Origin: Macrostomum lignano
Lineage: Eukaryota
Direction of reading: 5' to 3'
Length of the DNA: 64,000 bases
NCBI GenBank assembly: GCA_002269645.1
Contig: NIVC01000032.1
Coordinates: forward strand, 558,001-622,000
Shown here: piece by piece, positions 60,208 to 64,000 of the stretch
Layout: each line of letters opens with the position of its first letter
Numbering within the stretch: position 1 is the first letter of the stretch
Program-made: the position numbers and the translations under genes
The notes under the pieces: generated by a model
What the model was told of the DNA's origin: nothing
The model's database searches: none
What the model saw: only the letters and a program-made list of their open reading frames with translations

Positions 60208-60483
60208 TGTGAATTGGCTGTCTTATACCGATTTGAACTATACTGCTTTGTGCGTTTGGCTGCTCAAATTTAGCTTACCACTATAGACCCTCCCCCTCCA
60301 CTGAACTGATCGATTTCTGTTTATACGTACAGTACTTCTTCGTAATGTACATCGTTCGTCCTAACTACATGTACTCAGTTCTATAATACAATATAAAGGA
60401 CCAACGCGTCAGTTAAGAAACGCTGTTTACAACTTGCGGCTCAAGCCAATTCAATCGCTTCGTCTCAATCTCAATTCATCACA
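60208..60483 (+). repeat. 3' LTR, preceded by the PPT at about 60197-60207
   Basis: Identical by eye to the 5' LTR. Confidence 0.95.
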
Positions 60484-61412
60484 TGGTCAAATATGGGAGC
60501 TGAAATACGGGGGGGTCAGATCTGGCCATCTGGGAGCTGAATCGGGGGGGGTTTGATCCGGGAGATGAAGGGGGGTCAGATCTGGGAGCTGAATAAGGGG
60601 GGTCAAATCTGGGAGCTGAATAAGGGGCAAATCTGGGAGCTGAAATAAGGGGGGTCAGATCTGGCCATCTGGGAGCTGAATCGGGGGAGTCAGATCTGGG
60701 AGATGAATCAGTGAGGGTCAGATCTGGGAGCTGAAATGGGGGGGTCAAATCTGGGAGCTGAAATGGGGGGGGGGTAAAATCGTGGAGCTGAATAAGGAGT
60801 GGCAAATTCGGGAGCTGAAATGGGGGGGGGGTCAAATCTGGGAGCTGAAAAAGGGGGGTCAAATCTGGGAGCTGAAAAAGGGGGAGGGATCAAATATGGG
60901 AGCTGAAATACGGGGGGGTCAGATCTGGCCATCTGGGAGCTGAATCGGGGGGGGGTTAGATCCGGGAGATGAAGGGGGGTCAGATCTGGGAGCTGAATAA
61001 GGGGGTCAAATCTGGGAGCTGAATAAGGGGGGTCAGAGCTGGCCATCTGGGAGATGAATCGGGGGGGTCAAATCTTGGAGCTGAATAAGGGGCAAATCTG
61101 GGAGCTGAATAAGCGGGGGGTTAGATCTGGGAGCTGAATAAGCGGGGGGGTCAGATCTGGGAGCTGAATAAGCGGGGGGGTTAGATCTGGCCATCTGGGA
61201 GCTGAATCGGGGGGGTTAGATCTGGGAGATGAATCAGTGAGGGTCAGATCTGGGAGCTGAAATGGGGGGGGTCAAATCTGGGAGCTGAAAAAGGGGGGTC
61301 AAATCTGGGAGCTGAAAAAGGGGGAGGGGTCAAATCTGGGAGCTGAAATGGGGGGGGGGTAAAATCGTGGAGCTGAATAAGGAGTGGCAAATTCGGGAGC
61401 TGAAATGGGGGG
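60484..61412. repeat. G-rich minisatellite, right part
   Basis: Resumes in register after the TSD (tggtc|aaatatgggagctg). Confidence 0.93.
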
Positions 61413-64000
61413 TGTTGTATAATGAATAAGCCAGCCAGTCTGCAAGTTTGTAGGCGAAACTCTCAAGCTCTCAAACTCAACGCGCTCTCACTTATATATC
61501 ATATATTGTAATGCGATCGATAGCTAACAGATGTACAACGAACGTACACACAACTACACACACACATTGAGCAGCAACACAACATTCACCTTCCCTTCCG
61601 ATTAGTGGAATCGCGAAAACCGAATTCGTCGAAATATTGAACAAGGAATAAAAGCGCATGACTGAGCATCGAAGGAATAAAAATAGATCATCACACTGAG
61701 TATTTCACTGAGCATTAAATCGCAATATTAGTCTGAAAACAACTAATTTGGCTTCAAATGCACATCGTTCGTGAGAAAGTCAGTTAGCAGTCACTAATAA
61801 ATCAGTTAATGCGTCACAATTTCCCCGTACCACTGTGGAGGCGCTCGCGTCCTCGTGCTCACTCGAACCGCAGTCTGGGCTGTCTGCTGCGGCCGCGCTG
61901 GCTCTGCCGCCTCCGCCGCCGCCTCCGCCGGAATCGCCGCCGCGCTGGAAGCCGTCGCGGGCCAGTGTGGCAGCGCTCCGGCGGGCCGCGGCACTCGAAC
62001 ACAATTGTCGACGTGCCAGCGGGAGCCATCATTGAGGATGACGGTGGTGGCGCTCGCGATCCGGGAGATCTCACGAGGCTCGGACAGGCGGCTGCTTAGC
62101 TTGCCGCGGGCGAACGGCCGCTTCACCCGCACCCAGTCGCCGACCATGAAAGTCGGCGGGGGTCTCCTGGTCGAGTTGAGCTGGTTGAAAACTCGCTGCT
62201 GTTTCCGCTTGATGCCGGCCGCCAGTCTGTGCCGCGCTGCCGTCCTTGGCTGTAGGGCTGTCAGGGGAGTGCTGATCTTCCGGCCTGTCATCAGCTCCGC
62301 CGGCGAAACTCCAGTCAGTGCATGCGGGGTGGCTCTGTACGACCACAGCAGTGCCTTCACCGCGTCCTTAAAGTCATAGCCCTCCTCCAAGTGCGTCTTG
62401 AGGCCGTCCTTGAGAAACCGGTTGAAACGCTCCACCGCCGCGTTGCCCTGAGGGTGGTAGTGCGGCGACTGCCGATGCTGGATGCCACAGCGCCGGAGAA
62501 AATCCTCGAAATCACCGGACACGAACTGAGGCCCTCCATCTGTGTTGATACGTACTCTTCGGCAGCCCCCAACGACTAAACCACGTTGTCAAGGCGTCGA
62601 TGACATCAGCGCTTGTGATGGTTGACATGCAGGCAGCCTCCGGCCACTTTGAGTGCAAGTCGTACAGCACCAGGATGAAGCGGCAGGAGTTCGGAGCCGA
62701 GTGCAGCTCCCCAAAGATGTCTAGCTGAAGCTCCTCCCATGGACGCGTCGGCCACTTTGTCGGGGTCAGAACCGTCTTGGATGGCTTGAAATTCTTCTCG
62801 CTTAGCCGACAGGCCTCACAGTGCCGCACGAACTCCTCAATGTGCTGGTCGATTTGCGGCCACCAGACAGCGTCCCGACAGTGCTGCTTCATTCTGCTCA
62901 CGCCGAGGTGTCCGAAGTGTGCCAGCTTCAGCGTCTTCTCTCTCAGGGATGCGGGGATCACCGCTCGAGTGCCGTTGGCCAGGCACTTGCCGTCATTCCA
63001 GGCCGTCAGCTGCATTCGAATCCTCCAGAACGGCTGCAACTCCGACCGCAGATGCTTGATGGAGCTCGGCCACCCCTGGAGCGTCAGAGCTATCACTTCG
63101 CTTATTACCGGGTCCTGCAGGGATGCCTCGGCCAACTCGCTTGCGCTGACAACCTCCAACGCGCCCGATAACAATACGGCATTCACCTGGTGCTCGGTCG
63201 GATCTTCAGCGCAATCTTCTCCGAAAGCGCCATGGCGTGACAAAAAGTCGGGCACGATGTTCTTCTTGCCGGGAACGTGGCACACTTGGAAGTCGTACGC
63301 GAGCAGGCGGTCGGCCCATCGGTGCAGCCGCAAAGGTCGGTGGCCGCTGCCTTGAGCCGTCAGCAGCGTCGTCAGAGCCTGGTGATCGGTGTGCAGTTCG
63401 AATCTCCGGCCGAACAGGAAGTAGTGCCAACGCTCGCAGGCGAAGATACATGCCAGCGCCTCTCTTTCTGACGCGGAGTACTTGCGCTCGGTCGCCGACA
63501 GAGTCCTCGACGCGAAAGCAACTGGCTTGCGAACGCCAGCGCTGTCTTCTTGCATCAACACGGCACCCAGAGCGTGCGCAGAGCTGTCGCAGGCCACGAT
63601 TATCTTGTCGTCGGGACAGAAGAATCGCAGGCACGTTGGAGACACTACCATTTTCTTAAGCCTCCAAAAGGCCTTCTGGCAGTCCGCTGTCCAGTTCCAA
63701 GGCTGGTCCTTGCGAAGTAGCTGCAGCAGCGGCTCGGCGATGTCGGATAGGTTGTGTAGGAAGTTCGAGTAAAACTTTACCATTCCGAGAAATGAGGCCA
63801 CCGCCTCGGTGTTCTGAGGCTCCGGCACCGCTTCGATGGCTTCCACATTGGACTGCATCGGCTGAAGGCCTCTCGCCGAGACGATGTAGCCCAGAAACTG
63901 CACGGACTCTGCAGCCCACTGGCACTTGGCGGTGTTAAGCGTTACGCCATGGGCGAGCAGCCGGTCCAGCACTGCCGTGAGCCGCCGCCGGTGCTCCGTC
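61413..64000 (-). mobile_element. Second Ty3/Gypsy LTR retrotransposon (different family), 3' portion; runs off the window
   Basis: Putative 3' LTR 61413-61584 (tgttg...caaca); PPT (minus strand ggaagggaaggtgaa) at 61585-61599; RT-RNaseH-integrase on the minus strand. Partner LTR and TSD are not visible. Confidence 0.85.
61806..64000 (-). pseudogene. Pol (RT C-terminus, RNase H, integrase) with a 4-nt frameshifting insertion at about 62549-62554
   Basis: VACDSSAHALGAVL, ELHTDHQAL, HFGH...CEAC, LQLDIFG. Removing 4 nt restores GLPKSINTDGGPQFVSGDFE, followed by NAAVERFNR. Confidence 0.85.

Larger units (their letters stand above)
55644..60483 (+). mobile_element. Intact Ty3/Gypsy LTR retrotransposon (Mag-clade-like), 4840 bp
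   Basis: 276-bp LTRs (TG...CA) that appear identical by eye; 5-bp TSD tggtc; primer-binding site (PBS) tggcgacgagg; polypurine tract (PPT) agggagggaag; a single intact gag-pol ORF. Confidence 0.97.

Overview
Metazoan nuclear DNA with GC-rich exons and introns packed with minisatellites. The style suggests a Macrostomum-like flatworm, but that is inference from style only. Host genes I could splice by hand, with GT-AG boundaries and consistent phases: (1) the last exon of one alpha-carbonic anhydrase (71-190) and a complete 7-exon secreted paralog (4609-8511); (2) an intronless B-box-like/coiled-coil/NHL gene between them (1015-2772); (3) a 6-exon KLHL12 ortholog (15331-22848); (4) a 9-exon CEP152/Asterless ortholog (25839-32253); (5) a 10-exon ZNFX1 ortholog on the minus strand (52500-37964). 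Mobile DNA: a deleted Tc1 (DD34E) element; several MITEs with TA, 3, 4, 6-7 and 8 bp target-site duplications (TSDs); a 3.3-kb CCC-ended CACTA-like element with a spliced cargo ORF; two CORE-SINE-like copies; a near-intact intron-containing P-superfamily (THAP) transposon sitting antisense inside the ZNFX1 helicase intron; and two Ty3/Gypsy LTR elements in one G-rich minisatellite, one intact with identical LTRs. Best leads: the P element in ZNFX1 (asymmetric 22/11-nt end spacing, catalytic Glu on a separately spliced exon), gene-specific minisatellite signatures hugging splice sites, and the CACTA cargo gene. All translations, alignments and counts were done by eye; no database search was run.
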